This document shows positions 10,362-20,333 of a stretch of 64,000 nt of DNA, in pieces. The stretch spans positions 52,531-116,530 of the forward strand of contig CAZSWP010000002.1 of NCBI GenBank assembly GCA_964610875.1, written 5' to 3'. The first letter of the stretch is position 1; the number at the start of each line of letters is the position of its first letter. The DNA is from an uncultured archaeon (GTDB lineage: Archaea > Asgardarchaeota > Thorarchaeia > Thorarchaeales > Thorarchaeaceae). The notes under the pieces were generated by a model. That model saw nothing but the letters and a program-made list of their open reading frames with translations, searched no databases and had not been told where the DNA came from. The position numbers and the translations under genes are program-made.

Positions 10362-10964
10362 GTGAAGAGAGTAGCGATCATAGATTATGGTTATGGAAAC
10401 CTGTTTAGTGTGAAGAATGCTCTTTCTTCAGTAAATCTCGAACCATTTGTTACGAACAACTCTAGTGACATTACAACCGCCGACGCTGTCGTCATTCCAG
10501 GTGTCGGAAACTATAGCTACGCAGTGAAGGAGCTTGGTTCTTTCAGGAGTAGATTAAGAGAATTTGTGGAAAATGGTGGAACTGTATTTGGTATCTGTCT
10601 TGGACTACAACTTCTCTGTAGAGAGAGTGAGGAAGGAGAAGGCAAAGGGCTTTCTTTTCTGGATGCCTCTGTCAAGAAAATCAGCGCTGACATTGTTCCA
10701 CACATGGGATGGAATTCATTATCACTTGAAAGCGACTCAGAATTGCTTGGACAAGTGATTGACGAGTCATACGTATACTTTGTGCACTCTTACTGTGTAG
10801 AACCAGTTAATTCCTCGATAGTAAGAGCAGTCACTTACTATGGAGAGAAAATAACCGCGGTTGTCGAAGATGGCTCTTTACTTGGAACGCAGTTTCATCC
10901 AGAGAAATCTGGACCTGTTGGACTCCAGATATTAGACAACTTTGCAGGAATACTGAGGAGATGA
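10362..10964 (+). CDS. hisH: Imidazole glycerol phosphate synthase glutaminase subunit
   Basis: IDYG.GNL.SV, PGVG, GICLGLQ, PHMGWN, YFVHSY, QFHPEKS. Confidence 0.96.
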   Translation: MKRVAIIDYGYGNLFSVKNALSSVNLEPFVTNNSSDITTADAVVIPGVGNYSYAVKELGSFRSRLREFVENGGTVFGICLGLQLLCRESEEGEGKGLSFLDASVKKISADIVPHMGWNSLSLESDSELLGQVIDESYVYFVHSYCVEPVNSSIVRAVTYYGEKITAVVEDGSLLGTQFHPEKSGPVGLQILDNFAGILRR

Positions 10965-11695
10965 TAGAAGTGGACTTAATACCAGCTATAGATCTCCTTG
11001 ATGGCAATGTAGTAAGACTTGTGAACGGGCTTCCAGAATATGCAACAGTCTATTATAAGCAAGACGAAGTACAAAAGTGCATCTTTGAATTTGTCAACAT
11101 GGGAATTGATTGTATCAATATCATAGACCTCAATGCCACATTGGGAACAGGTAGTAATCTTTTCTTAATTGAGGAGATTCTTCCAAAGCTGTCAGTTCAA
11201 GTGAATGTTGGTGGGGGAATCCATGACTATGAGTGTGCTGTGAATATTCTATCAAGTACATGTTCGAATATAATAGTGGGTTCAATGGCCTTTGAGTCGC
11301 AAGAAGTTCTGGTAGATCTCATCGACGAGTATCAGGAACGAATCATAGTTGCTCTTGACTACAAGGGACAAGATATACTCACGAGAGGATGGAAACGGAA
11401 CACGGGAGTGACCATCAAAAAAGCATTTGATATGTTTGAATCCATGGGAGTACAAAGCTTTCTCATAACATCAGTAGAGAAAGACGGCACACTAATGGGA
11501 CCTGACATTGAAACGCTTTCTAACATTAGAACCTACACAGAATCTAATCTCATTAGTGCAGGAGGCATCAGGAACGTTTCAGATTTATTGCATCTCAAGG
11601 AGATTGGAATGGATTCTGCAGTATTGGGAAAGGCACTCTATGAAAGAACTATCAGACTCGACCAAGCGTTGAGAGTCTTACGGAGGGAAGGATAA
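10961..11695 (+). CDS. hisA: ProFAR isomerase
   Basis: LIPAIDL.DG.VVRL..G, VGGGI, DGTLMGPD, SAGGIR, GKALYE. Confidence 0.93.
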   Translation: MIEVDLIPAIDLLDGNVVRLVNGLPEYATVYYKQDEVQKCIFEFVNMGIDCINIIDLNATLGTGSNLFLIEEILPKLSVQVNVGGGIHDYECAVNILSSTCSNIIVGSMAFESQEVLVDLIDEYQERIIVALDYKGQDILTRGWKRNTGVTIKKAFDMFESMGVQSFLITSVEKDGTLMGPDIETLSNIRTYTESNLISAGGIRNVSDLLHLKEIGMDSAVLGKALYERTIRLDQALRVLRREG

Positions 11696-11696
11696 C

Positions 11697-12455
11697 ATGC
11701 TGGCGAAGAGAATCATCCCATGCCTTGATATCAAAGAAGGGCGTGTCGTGAAAGGAATAAATTTCCTCAACCTGAGAGATGCTGGTGACCCAGTTGAGCT
11801 GGCTAAAAGGTATAGAAACGCAGGTGCAGATGAACTTGTGTTCCTCGATATCACTGCATCACACCAGAATAGAAAGACTGTCGCAGACCTTGTCAGGAAT
11901 ATTGCTGCTTCCATAGACATACCCTTCACAGTTGGAGGAGGTATATCTTCAGTGGACGATGCGAGAACAATACTCAGCAATGGTGGAGATAAAGTATCAG
12001 TCAACACAGCAGCGGTCAATAATCCATCTCTGCTTATGGAGCTGGCTGATGCTTTTGGAAGACAGTGTGTTGTTTTGGCAATTGATGCCGAGAAGAAGCA
12101 GCAATCAACCAATTATAGGGTTTTCACCCATGGTGGGAGAAATCCAACGGGATTAGAAGCTTCAGAGTGGGCATCAAGAGGAACTATGCTTGGTGCAGGA
12201 GAGATTCTACTAACATCCATGAATCGTGATGGTACTCGAGAAGGATATGATTTTGACCTTATCCGTCAAGTCACAAAGTCAGTGACTGTACCTGTAATAG
12301 CTAGTGGAGGAGCAGGTGAACCCGAGCACTTTTTGGAAGTATTCAAAAAAACGTCAGCATCAGCAGCTCTGGCCGCGTCGGTATTTCACTATGATCAGTA
12401 CCCTGTTCAAATAGTGAAGAGTTACCTGAAACAAAGGGGGATTCTAGTACGATGA
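11697..12455 (+). CDS. hisF: Imidazole glycerol phosphate synthase cyclase subunit
   Basis: MLAKRIIPCLD, GADELVFLDITAS, GAGEILLTSMNRDGT, ALAASVFH. Confidence 0.97.
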   Translation: MLAKRIIPCLDIKEGRVVKGINFLNLRDAGDPVELAKRYRNAGADELVFLDITASHQNRKTVADLVRNIAASIDIPFTVGGGISSVDDARTILSNGGDKVSVNTAAVNNPSLLMELADAFGRQCVVLAIDAEKKQQSTNYRVFTHGGRNPTGLEASEWASRGTMLGAGEILLTSMNRDGTREGYDFDLIRQVTKSVTVPVIASGGAGEPEHFLEVFKKTSASAALAASVFHYDQYPVQIVKSYLKQRGILVR

Positions 12456-12793
12456 AACGTGAATATACTATTGCTGAACTCGACTTCAAGAAAAGCAATG
12501 GTCTGATTCCTGTTGTTGTTCAAGAGTATTCTACAACTGAAGTACTCACTCTTGCCTATGTGAATGAAACTGCCTTGAGAATGTCATGTGAATCGGGATT
12601 CGCTCACTACTACAGAAGATCCAAAGGGAGAGTAATGATGAAAGGCGTTACTTCTGGGAATACACAAGAGATTGTCAAGATTCTAGTTGATTGCGATGCT
12701 GATGCTCTTGTATACCTTGTTAGACAGAAAGGTCCAGCGTGTCATCTTGATGAAGGTTCGTGTTTCCATAATGTGCTCCAATTGGAAGAGTAA
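12452..12793 (+). CDS. hisI: Phosphoribosyl-AMP cyclohydrolase (no HisE domain)
   Basis: GLIPVVVQ, KG.TSGNTQ, DCDADAL, GPACH....SCF; only 113 aa. Confidence 0.93.
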   Translation: MKREYTIAELDFKKSNGLIPVVVQEYSTTEVLTLAYVNETALRMSCESGFAHYYRRSKGRVMMKGVTSGNTQEIVKILVDCDADALVYLVRQKGPACHLDEGSCFHNVLQLEE

Positions 12794-12813
12794 AGGTCTC
12801 TTGAATCCGCATT

Positions 12814-13350
12814 TCATTCCAATGCGGGTTCATTCTTTTTCCACGGTGATAAACGAGGAATCCATCGGGGAACGTTCTTTTTGTACTCTAGATATGCATC
12901 CCCGAATCGCTTCTCTAGACCAGGTTCTTCAGATTTTATGAAATATATATGATTGCCAAATAGGAAGAAGACACACCAGAATAGAATGAATATGGATTGT
13001 AGTGCTATAGATTCTGCAAGAAGTAGTATGACAATACCGGATATCATGGGATTCCTTACATAACGATAGAGACCTTCAATGACCAGATTCTGAGTTGGTG
13101 TCCATGGTGCTAATGTTCCTTCACCTATTGCAGCAAATGAGCGGATGGATTTTACTGATAGATAGAAGCCTATTATGAAAAGTGGGAGAGATAGGAGATA
13201 CCAGCCTATGGATGATAAAATGCTCCAGTATGGTACGACGAATAATTCCTGTGTGTAGATTATCAGTAAGATAGGCACGATTATGAGGACTGTGACAGGC
13301 AACATGAATGCGAAAAGATGCTGTCTTAGCTTCATATTCATCCATCTCAT
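12814..13350 (-). CDS. Isoprenylcysteine carboxyl methyltransferase (ICMT/PEMT) family membrane protein
   Basis: G.GTLAPW.P...LV..GLYRYVRNPM..G, EE..L..RFG..Y..YK..VPRWIP; several TM segments. Confidence 0.88.
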   Translation of the reverse strand: MRWMNMKLRQHLFAFMLPVTVLIIVPILLIIYTQELFVVPYWSILSSIGWYLLSLPLFIIGFYLSVKSIRSFAAIGEGTLAPWTPTQNLVIEGLYRYVRNPMISGIVILLLAESIALQSIFILFWCVFFLFGNHIYFIKSEEPGLEKRFGDAYLEYKKNVPRWIPRLSPWKKNEPALE

Positions 13351-14939
13351 AGACGATCAATCGGTTCGTATCCTTTCTTGAGAATTGTATCGACTGCCTG
13401 TTGCCATCCATTCATGTAGTCCTTATTGTAATGTGCCCCGCGACATTCTTTTCTCATTCTGGCCATCTTTATGATGAGCTCTGCTACGATAGCAATATTA
13501 CGCAACTCAATGAGGTCTGGCGTAATCTTATAGCCCCAATAAAAACTATTGATTTCCTTGGTAATGAAATCGATACGATTTCTTGCACGAATCAATCGTT
13601 TTCTAGAACGGACAATACCAACGTAGTTTGCCATGAGTCTTCTAATCTCATCCCACATGTGTTTGATCACAATCAATTCATCGGCATCTGTAGCGTTTCC
13701 AGGATCCCATGGAGGAATTTCACCGAATTTTCGTTCCTGTTTGACTTCAACTACAGCAGCTTCGACAGCCTTCTTTCCTAATACCGCTGCTTCTAGTAAG
13801 GAATTGGAAGCCATCCTGTTGGCACCGTGAAAACCAGTACAAGCAGTTTCTCCAATCGCATAGAGTCCTTTCACATCAGTCTGTCCATGAATATTGACCT
13901 TCACACCCCCCATCATATAATGAGCAGCGGGTACCACTGGAATCGGTTCTTTGGTCATGTCTATACCGGCTTCTAGACATGTTTCATAGATAACAGGAAA
14001 GCGGTCTTTGACAAACTCAGCATTCTTGAACGAGATGTCAAGCCATACATGGTCAACACCAGTCCGTTTCATCTCATTATCAATGGCTCGTGCAACTACA
14101 TCTCTTGGAGCCAATTCCACATCAGGATGATAGTCTTGCATGAATCGTTTACCATCAGCACCAATCAGAATTGCACCTTCACCTCTGAGAGCCTCAGATA
14201 TCAGAAATGAGCGTAACTTTGGATGAAATAGTAAGCTCGGATGAAATTGGTACATCTCCATGTTCATGACCGATGCACCAGCTCGATATGCCATTGCAAT
14301 GCCATCCCCAGTAGCTACATCAGGGTTGCTTGTGTACACAAAGACTCTTCCAGCACCACCTGTAGCAAGAATGGTGACTTTCGCCTGAAATCGCTCTACT
14401 TCTGTAGTGTTGATATCAAGAACATACGCCCCTTCTACTTGATTGTTACTCACGAAGAGGTTCACAGCCATATGATTCTCATAGATCTTGATGTTAGGTT
14501 CCGCTCTCACTTGTCGATTCAAAGCAAGCTCAATATCTTCTCCAGTATGGTCTTTCACATGCAAGACACGGCGATGTGAATGACCTCCCTCAAGACCCAG
14601 GTCATAATCATCACAACCCTCTTCCTTACAGAATACAACACCAGCTTCTTCTAATTCTCTAATTGCCTCAGGACCTGCTCTCACAAACTCCTCCACCACA
14701 TCTCTATGACAGAGCCCTGCACCCACACGGATTGTGTCTTCAATGTGAGAGTTGAATGAGTCCTCATCAGCAACAACTGCTGCAATTCCCCCTTGAGCCC
14801 GTTTTGTTGAAGACTCTGAGAGAGTTCGTTTAGTAAGCAGATTCACCTTACCATGCTTTGCAGCTTTCAAGGCAAATAGTTGACCTGAGAGTCCACTACC
14901 TATCACTAAGAAATCCGATTGGTATATTTTGTCCGACAT
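13347..14939 (-). CDS. nadB: L-aspartate oxidase
   Basis: GSGLSG FAD loop, AQGGIA, EGGHSHRRVLH, QFHP, LISEALRGEG, LAPRDVVARAI, HGANRMASNSLLE. Confidence 0.95.
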   Translation of the reverse strand: MSDKIYQSDFLVIGSGLSGQLFALKAAKHGKVNLLTKRTLSESSTKRAQGGIAAVVADEDSFNSHIEDTIRVGAGLCHRDVVEEFVRAGPEAIRELEEAGVVFCKEEGCDDYDLGLEGGHSHRRVLHVKDHTGEDIELALNRQVRAEPNIKIYENHMAVNLFVSNNQVEGAYVLDINTTEVERFQAKVTILATGGAGRVFVYTSNPDVATGDGIAMAYRAGASVMNMEMYQFHPSLLFHPKLRSFLISEALRGEGAILIGADGKRFMQDYHPDVELAPRDVVARAIDNEMKRTGVDHVWLDISFKNAEFVKDRFPVIYETCLEAGIDMTKEPIPVVPAAHYMMGGVKVNIHGQTDVKGLYAIGETACTGFHGANRMASNSLLEAAVLGKKAVEAAVVEVKQERKFGEIPPWDPGNATDADELIVIKHMWDEIRRLMANYVGIVRSRKRLIRARNRIDFITKEINSFYWGYKITPDLIELRNIAIVAELIIKMARMRKECRGAHYNKDYMNGWQQAVDTILKKGYEPIDRL

Positions 14940-15129
14940 CAAGCTAACCTTCAATTTCCAAATATTCAACGCCCATATACAGATTGCGCAAGAGAATCAC
15001 TTGTTGCATCTTTGATAAAGGTTTAAAACACACCCAGACCTATTAAATATGGGACCAAGCTCCACTATAATATATCAGGACATATTATTTCATATATTCT
15101 GTTGGGGCTTACAAGCCGGAGTGATTTGA

Positions 15130-16026
15130 ATGAACATCGAAGGAGTAGTCATCTTCGATACAAAGAGTGGTGTACCACTCTATTCGAAATTGAAAGATGA
15201 CATTGACTCTTCACTATTCTCAAGTTTCGTGACAGCCATTGGTCATTTTTCCAAAGAATTGAAATTTGGAGGACTATCTTCATTTACCACAGAAGAGAAG
15301 ATGATATTTCTAGCTGCACGAGAGTCAACGATAACAGCATTAATCACACCAAAGAGAGAAGAATTCCAACAAGCCTATTCGCTAGCCAACGAGCTAGGAC
15401 GACAATTCGAGGAACGACTTGGAAATGTTGGCACGCTTCAACCAGCAGACTATAAGGAATTCAATATCATTGCAGATGATTTCTTGAGAAAGATAAGAGA
15501 CCCATACACCAGTCGTGTTGCTAGTTTTGTACATATTAAATATGGAGGAGAGATTTCCACAAAGCCACGACTGATGAAGGAGTCAGGTACTGAGGGAAGT
15601 CTGGATATGATGATTACTCATAGCACAAAGTACGATGAAGATGATGATTCTAGAGGAAAACGAAGTGTGGCAGAGTCACTTTCTCATTCCTATATTTTCT
15701 GCAAGATATCCGAGGGGCGTATGTCCAAAGGAGAGATTATGGAATTCATTGATACCATTGATGGATTTGGTGCTCGAGTCATGAACAAGGGCAATCTTGA
15801 TTTTATCCCCTATTTCCCCTCACGTGCTGTGATTGTAGCTCGTGAGTTTAATCAACAAGCCATTGACTATCTAAAGAGACTTCCAAAGGATAATGGTTCA
15901 TCATATATTGATGGAAATCACGTCTTTATGGGTCGAGGAATAAAGAATGCACCTAAAGACATGAAGTGTTACTTAGACCTCTATCAATGGCATGATGATC
16001 AAGAACCAGAACCTGTAAAGATCTGA
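15130..16026 (+). CDS. Longin-like domain fused to a PD-(D/E)xK (Mrr-like) fold
   Basis: N-terminus 'VVIFDTKSGVPLYS..IDSSLFSSFVTAIGHFSKEL' is typical of Asgard longin-like domains; C-terminus 'ESG....LDM..YIFCK..MSKGEIMEF..AVIVAREF...A'. Confidence 0.6.
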   Translation: MNIEGVVIFDTKSGVPLYSKLKDDIDSSLFSSFVTAIGHFSKELKFGGLSSFTTEEKMIFLAARESTITALITPKREEFQQAYSLANELGRQFEERLGNVGTLQPADYKEFNIIADDFLRKIRDPYTSRVASFVHIKYGGEISTKPRLMKESGTEGSLDMMITHSTKYDEDDDSRGKRSVAESLSHSYIFCKISEGRMSKGEIMEFIDTIDGFGARVMNKGNLDFIPYFPSRAVIVAREFNQQAIDYLKRLPKDNGSSYIDGNHVFMGRGIKNAPKDMKCYLDLYQWHDDQEPEPVKI

Positions 16027-16041
16027 TACTTGTTGTTTATA

Positions 16042-16707
16042 TCATCCAACTGTTGTGCCACAGTACTCACAGGTAGCTGTCTTACCTCTCTTGAGCTCAT
16101 TTGCTTGTGATTGTGTAAACTTAGACCCACACATTGGACATAACCACATCTTGGTACCATCTGTGGGAACACTAGCTGATTCTCCTCCAATCTCACCAAG
16201 AACGCGTTCTACCCAAGATACGAGTGTAGATTGATTCATTGCGTTGAAAGAAGATAGCGCATCATTCAGTAGTGGTCTTGCCTCATCAAGGCGACCCATT
16301 CCACGTAGAGAATTTGCAAGTCCAAAAGCATTCCAACCAGTATACCAATTATCACCGATACTTCGTGCAAGCTCCAGACCTCTTTGGAAGAAGTGAGTTG
16401 CATCGGGATGATTCATCTGATGTGAAGCTACTTGACCTAACCCCCATAACGCGGCAGCTTGATAAAACAGGTTCTTCATTCCCAGTGCTTCTACTAGTAA
16501 TTGGTCATACAATTCCTTGGCTTTCTTGAGATCGCGCAGGTTGATTGTGCAATCACCCATGACGCGTAAAGCTTCCATGGCACGACCAAGATTCTTCTCT
16601 TTTACGAATTTCTTACGTGCATTCTCCGCAGACTTGAATCCTTTCTTGAACTCACGTGTGCTGTGGAGCTGGACAGCCTGTTGAAGATATTCTTCTGCGT
16701 CTGTCAT
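16042..16707 (-). CDS. TPR protein with C-terminal zinc ribbon
   Basis: Helical TPR-like repeats followed by CPMC-x19-CEYC. Confidence 0.75.
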   Translation of the reverse strand: MTDAEEYLQQAVQLHSTREFKKGFKSAENARKKFVKEKNLGRAMEALRVMGDCTINLRDLKKAKELYDQLLVEALGMKNLFYQAAALWGLGQVASHQMNHPDATHFFQRGLELARSIGDNWYTGWNAFGLANSLRGMGRLDEARPLLNDALSSFNAMNQSTLVSWVERVLGEIGGESASVPTDGTKMWLCPMCGSKFTQSQANELKRGKTATCEYCGTTVG

Positions 16708-16711
16708 GGAT

Positions 16712-17659
16712 TTACTCTGAAGCAATCTCAGTTATAAGAGGCTCGACTGGTTCATTCCGTTCATGATCTGACATCCTTACTAGTGCAACACCAAGCAAAG
16801 CAATAGTACCAGCTATCAGGGAGAGTAAGCTGGGAGGTTCCCCTAGAAGAAAGTCACCAGCAAGACTGACGAAGGGTACAAGAAATAGAAATGAAGAGGC
16901 TTTTGGAGCCCCAAGAGTTTCAATAGCAGAAAAATACAGCAGATAAGCTAACCCGGACGCAATGACTCCTGCAAACAGGAGTCCCAATATGGACCAAGCA
17001 TCAACAATCAGAACCAATTGAGTACCATCTGCAATCATAAGGTAGATGAAAGGTACCACCATGATTGACGAAACACCATGTTTTACAGTCATAACAATAT
17101 ACATGTCAGCCCCTTCGAGGTAATGCAGAGTGATTGTATAAGCAGCCCACGAAAACAGACCTATCACTGCAAGAAGAATACCCCAAGCTGCACCAGGCAT
17201 GAGTGTTAGCGAATTGAAGAGAAAAAGAAGTCCACCAAGTAATCCAAGTAAGAAACCTGTGACCTTCATTGGAGTTATTTTCTCTTTCAGGAACAATGCT
17301 CCGTAAAGTAAAACAACAATTGGATTCAAATTCACTAGTATTGAAGTAGTGCCAGAGGAGATGAATTCAGCACTCATATGAATTGACATAACGAAAAGTG
17401 CAGAGAATAGAGCACTAAGAAAAAGAACTCCTTTGTAAGATTTGGCCTCCTCAGTGATTTGTGATAAGCTTTTCCTCTGCGAAGCAAGAACAAGGACCAT
17501 AGTAATCGTACCGAGAAAATATCGAAAGAAGGCATACAAAATTCCTGATACTCTAATTGGAAGTATTCCAGATAGAATCCTAGCTACCACGAAATTGAGG
17601 CCCCATATTGCGATTATCATTACCAACATTAAGTAGGCTCTTCTAGCGGTCACGAACAA
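16712..17659 (-). CDS. DMT/EamA family transporter
   Basis: IWGLNFVV, two EamA repeats with ~10 TM segments, FLKEKIT, LAYLLY..AI..LG. Confidence 0.9.
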   Translation of the reverse strand: MFVTARRAYLMLVMIIAIWGLNFVVARILSGILPIRVSGILYAFFRYFLGTITMVLVLASQRKSLSQITEEAKSYKGVLFLSALFSALFVMSIHMSAEFISSGTTSILVNLNPIVVLLYGALFLKEKITPMKVTGFLLGLLGGLLFLFNSLTLMPGAAWGILLAVIGLFSWAAYTITLHYLEGADMYIVMTVKHGVSSIMVVPFIYLMIADGTQLVLIVDAWSILGLLFAGVIASGLAYLLYFSAIETLGAPKASSFLFLVPFVSLAGDFLLGEPPSLLSLIAGTIALLGVALVRMSDHERNEPVEPLITEIASE

Positions 17660-17699
17660 TTTGCAATTTTATCATTCACATAGTCTTTTTGATTACGGA

Positions 17700-20093
17700 T
17701 TATCTATGATAGGCTAATACTACAATATTTGCTAAGGGAACTATTCTGAGATGCGGATGAGGTTCTGAATTCTTAGCAACAGTTGCACCACCAAATACTT
17801 TGATCATATGAAGAGGAAAATGAGAGGGAATGTATATCTCAATCTCTTCTGGTAAGGAGTCCATGATTAGCTCTACTTGGTACTGATTTGCCGATGCGCC
17901 TATTTCAAGTCCGATGGTGGAAAGGCTTGTTCTAAGACCTTCGACTCTCAGTGGTTTTTCAGTAGTGAGCCAGTCTTCTGGAATACCTTGGAATACGATT
18001 ATGTTCTTATTATCTTCCAATAGCATCATTTTCAACAACAAGAGAACAAAATCTGTAGACGCAATGATGCTACATCCATTCCCATAACTTCCACCACCTG
18101 TTCTTGGATTGATGAACTCGGGAAAAGTGTAGAATTCTGATAGGTATTCAATTGACTTCTCAAGAGTGACCTCTGCTAAGTCACGTTCATTCAACTCAAC
18201 AAATACCTGCGCTAATCGTAGTGAAATATACCCAGAATAAAAATCACTATTTCTAGGGTCCTTTATGAGTCCTTTAAATAAGTGGCTTTCAAAGATTTTT
18301 CTAACAATGATTTCAGCGATATTCTTTAGTTTACCATTAGGACGAGTCAGTGAGATTGCACTCACATAGTCTATAGCATTAGTCATGTCCCTAAATAATG
18401 CTGCTTCCTCCAGAATTTCCATTCCTTCAAGAAAAGCTGTGATTTTAGTAAGATGTTGTGAGAGAATGTCCCTCATTGATTGATCCAAATCAAGATCAGT
18501 TATTGCGATTTGAAAAGCTGAGTGTATCCACAAAATATTTGTGAGTTCACGAAGAGTTACTTTTGTTTTATATTTCGGTTCGGGAGGGATTCTATCCACT
18601 ATTTCTTTGATCGATTTCTCAAAATCCTCCTCACTTTCATGAGATTCTGCCGTCTTGTCAAAAACAGATTCTTCAGCATCAAGCCGGTATGACTTATCAA
18701 CATGTGACTCCGTGATTCCAGAGTCCTCTACCTTTGGCAATCCTTCTTCTATTGGTAGTGATGGACCAGTTACATCTTTCTTCTCCATCAACAAAGACTC
18801 TATACCATCATCTGCTTTCGATAGAAGTACATCAAGGCACTCCAGAGTCGATTTGAGTGTGCTTCCATATTTGCAGAGAGTGTGAATGCGAATTATCCCC
18901 CAAGAGAGTGCTGCAATATCTTTGAGCTCAAATTCAGACAGAGTTAAACCTGAGAAATAGTTGTCCAACACTGTTTCAAGGCAATCATGACAATGAATCC
19001 TAGAGAGGGTGTACAAAACCCGTATTTTATTCTCAACAGAAGCCTCTCCTTTCAGATAAGAACGAACTTGAATCAGGATGGATGCGATATTTCGTGCCAT
19101 TGCTTCTGTGATCTCTTTTTGTGGGTATATTCCAGCTATAGATTCTCCTGAGAATTCAAACCAACTACTGACTGATGATTCTCGCATTGAAGTGGAGAAT
19201 GTTGGTTTGGTTTCTTCATTCTTGAAAATCTTAGAGAGAGGCAAAGCAAAGAATAGTCGTTTCTTTCCTGCAGGTTCTAATTTAATGTCAAATCGCAAAG
19301 CACCAGTCGCATTCATACGAGGAGTTTTGAAATCTGTGTCAATTCGCTGACCTGAAGAAAGAATATTTGCTATGAAATTAGGATTGTCCCCAGTGGAGAG
19401 GATAACTTGTGAAGGACTCTGGTCAGAGATTACTGATAATATTCCATTAGAGAATAATCTCCCATCTGAATATGTTATGTTCTCAATTGGCTCTACACCC
19501 AACTGTGTAAGAGGTCTTAGTACTACATAGAAAGTGAATTCTGTTTCCTCAAGAGATAGATTCTGTAGAACAACCTCGTTGTACAGGTATTCACATTCTC
19601 CATTCTTAACATGATAGATAAGTCGTGAGAATTCAACTGAACCAACAGCGGCGTTCCATTGATACAACTGGTCTTCAGGAGACACCATTGACAGTCTTGA
19701 TTCTTTTGGATCTACAAGAGTTGGAAAGAGAATTTCATCATTAACTTTCAACCAAAAGTCGATCGAACCGCAATCTGTTATTGCTGTTACTAGGCCCTTG
19801 GTGTCTGAGATGGCATATGCATTCGATGCGATACCTCCTAGGACAATCCAATTTCTATGAGAAGTGTTATTCATGGCCTCTGTAGGAATCCTACCTCGGA
19901 GGTCACGTTTCATCCGATGAACCCAATCTGGAAGCATCCAATCCAAAGCATTGGCAAAGATATGAGCATTTATCGCACCCTGTAGATTCTCAATCTCATC
20001 AGTTAAGGATTCTGATTGAAATTCAAAAGTAATCCGATTATTAGCTGCAAATTGTCGAAATCTATGAAGTCTTGAGTTTGATTCAATTTGCAT
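17700..20093 (-). CDS. Six-hairpin glycosidase-like protein, apparently degenerate
   Basis: DW.LP.WV, N.SHRNW..LG, CGSIDFW, FPEFINPRTGGGSYGNG, GIPEDWL, LRT resemble an uncharacterised (alpha/alpha)6 glycoside hydrolase family. Confidence 0.5.
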   Translation of the reverse strand: MQIESNSRLHRFRQFAANNRITFEFQSESLTDEIENLQGAINAHIFANALDWMLPDWVHRMKRDLRGRIPTEAMNNTSHRNWIVLGGIASNAYAISDTKGLVTAITDCGSIDFWLKVNDEILFPTLVDPKESRLSMVSPEDQLYQWNAAVGSVEFSRLIYHVKNGECEYLYNEVVLQNLSLEETEFTFYVVLRPLTQLGVEPIENITYSDGRLFSNGILSVISDQSPSQVILSTGDNPNFIANILSSGQRIDTDFKTPRMNATGALRFDIKLEPAGKKRLFFALPLSKIFKNEETKPTFSTSMRESSVSSWFEFSGESIAGIYPQKEITEAMARNIASILIQVRSYLKGEASVENKIRVLYTLSRIHCHDCLETVLDNYFSGLTLSEFELKDIAALSWGIIRIHTLCKYGSTLKSTLECLDVLLSKADDGIESLLMEKKDVTGPSLPIEEGLPKVEDSGITESHVDKSYRLDAEESVFDKTAESHESEEDFEKSIKEIVDRIPPEPKYKTKVTLRELTNILWIHSAFQIAITDLDLDQSMRDILSQHLTKITAFLEGMEILEEAALFRDMTNAIDYVSAISLTRPNGKLKNIAEIIVRKIFESHLFKGLIKDPRNSDFYSGYISLRLAQVFVELNERDLAEVTLEKSIEYLSEFYTFPEFINPRTGGGSYGNGCSIIASTDFVLLLLKMMLLEDNKNIIVFQGIPEDWLTTEKPLRVEGLRTSLSTIGLEIGASANQYQVELIMDSLPEEIEIYIPSHFPLHMIKVFGGATVAKNSEPHPHLRIVPLANIVVLAYHR

Positions 20094-20333
20094 TCGCTCA
20101 CACATCCCTTAACTATCAGATTCACATTAATCCATTATTATACCAATGTCCAATAAAAGGAATCCTTACATTTATGTTTCATGTGCGTGAACCTAATGGA
20201 ATAATTCAGTACTTATAACTGAAACATATCCCTTGAACAAAGGTTAATATCATTAGACTTGTGGATGAATATTGCAGAGGAAACCGGTGGATATGCAAAC
20301 TGCTAGCGCCGCGTCGAAGAGAGGTTGAATCGT

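Noticed and set aside
12814-13350. ICMT-family protein as evidence of eukaryote-like CAAX prenylation
   Set aside because: The family is widespread in prokaryotes and no prenyltransferase is nearby.
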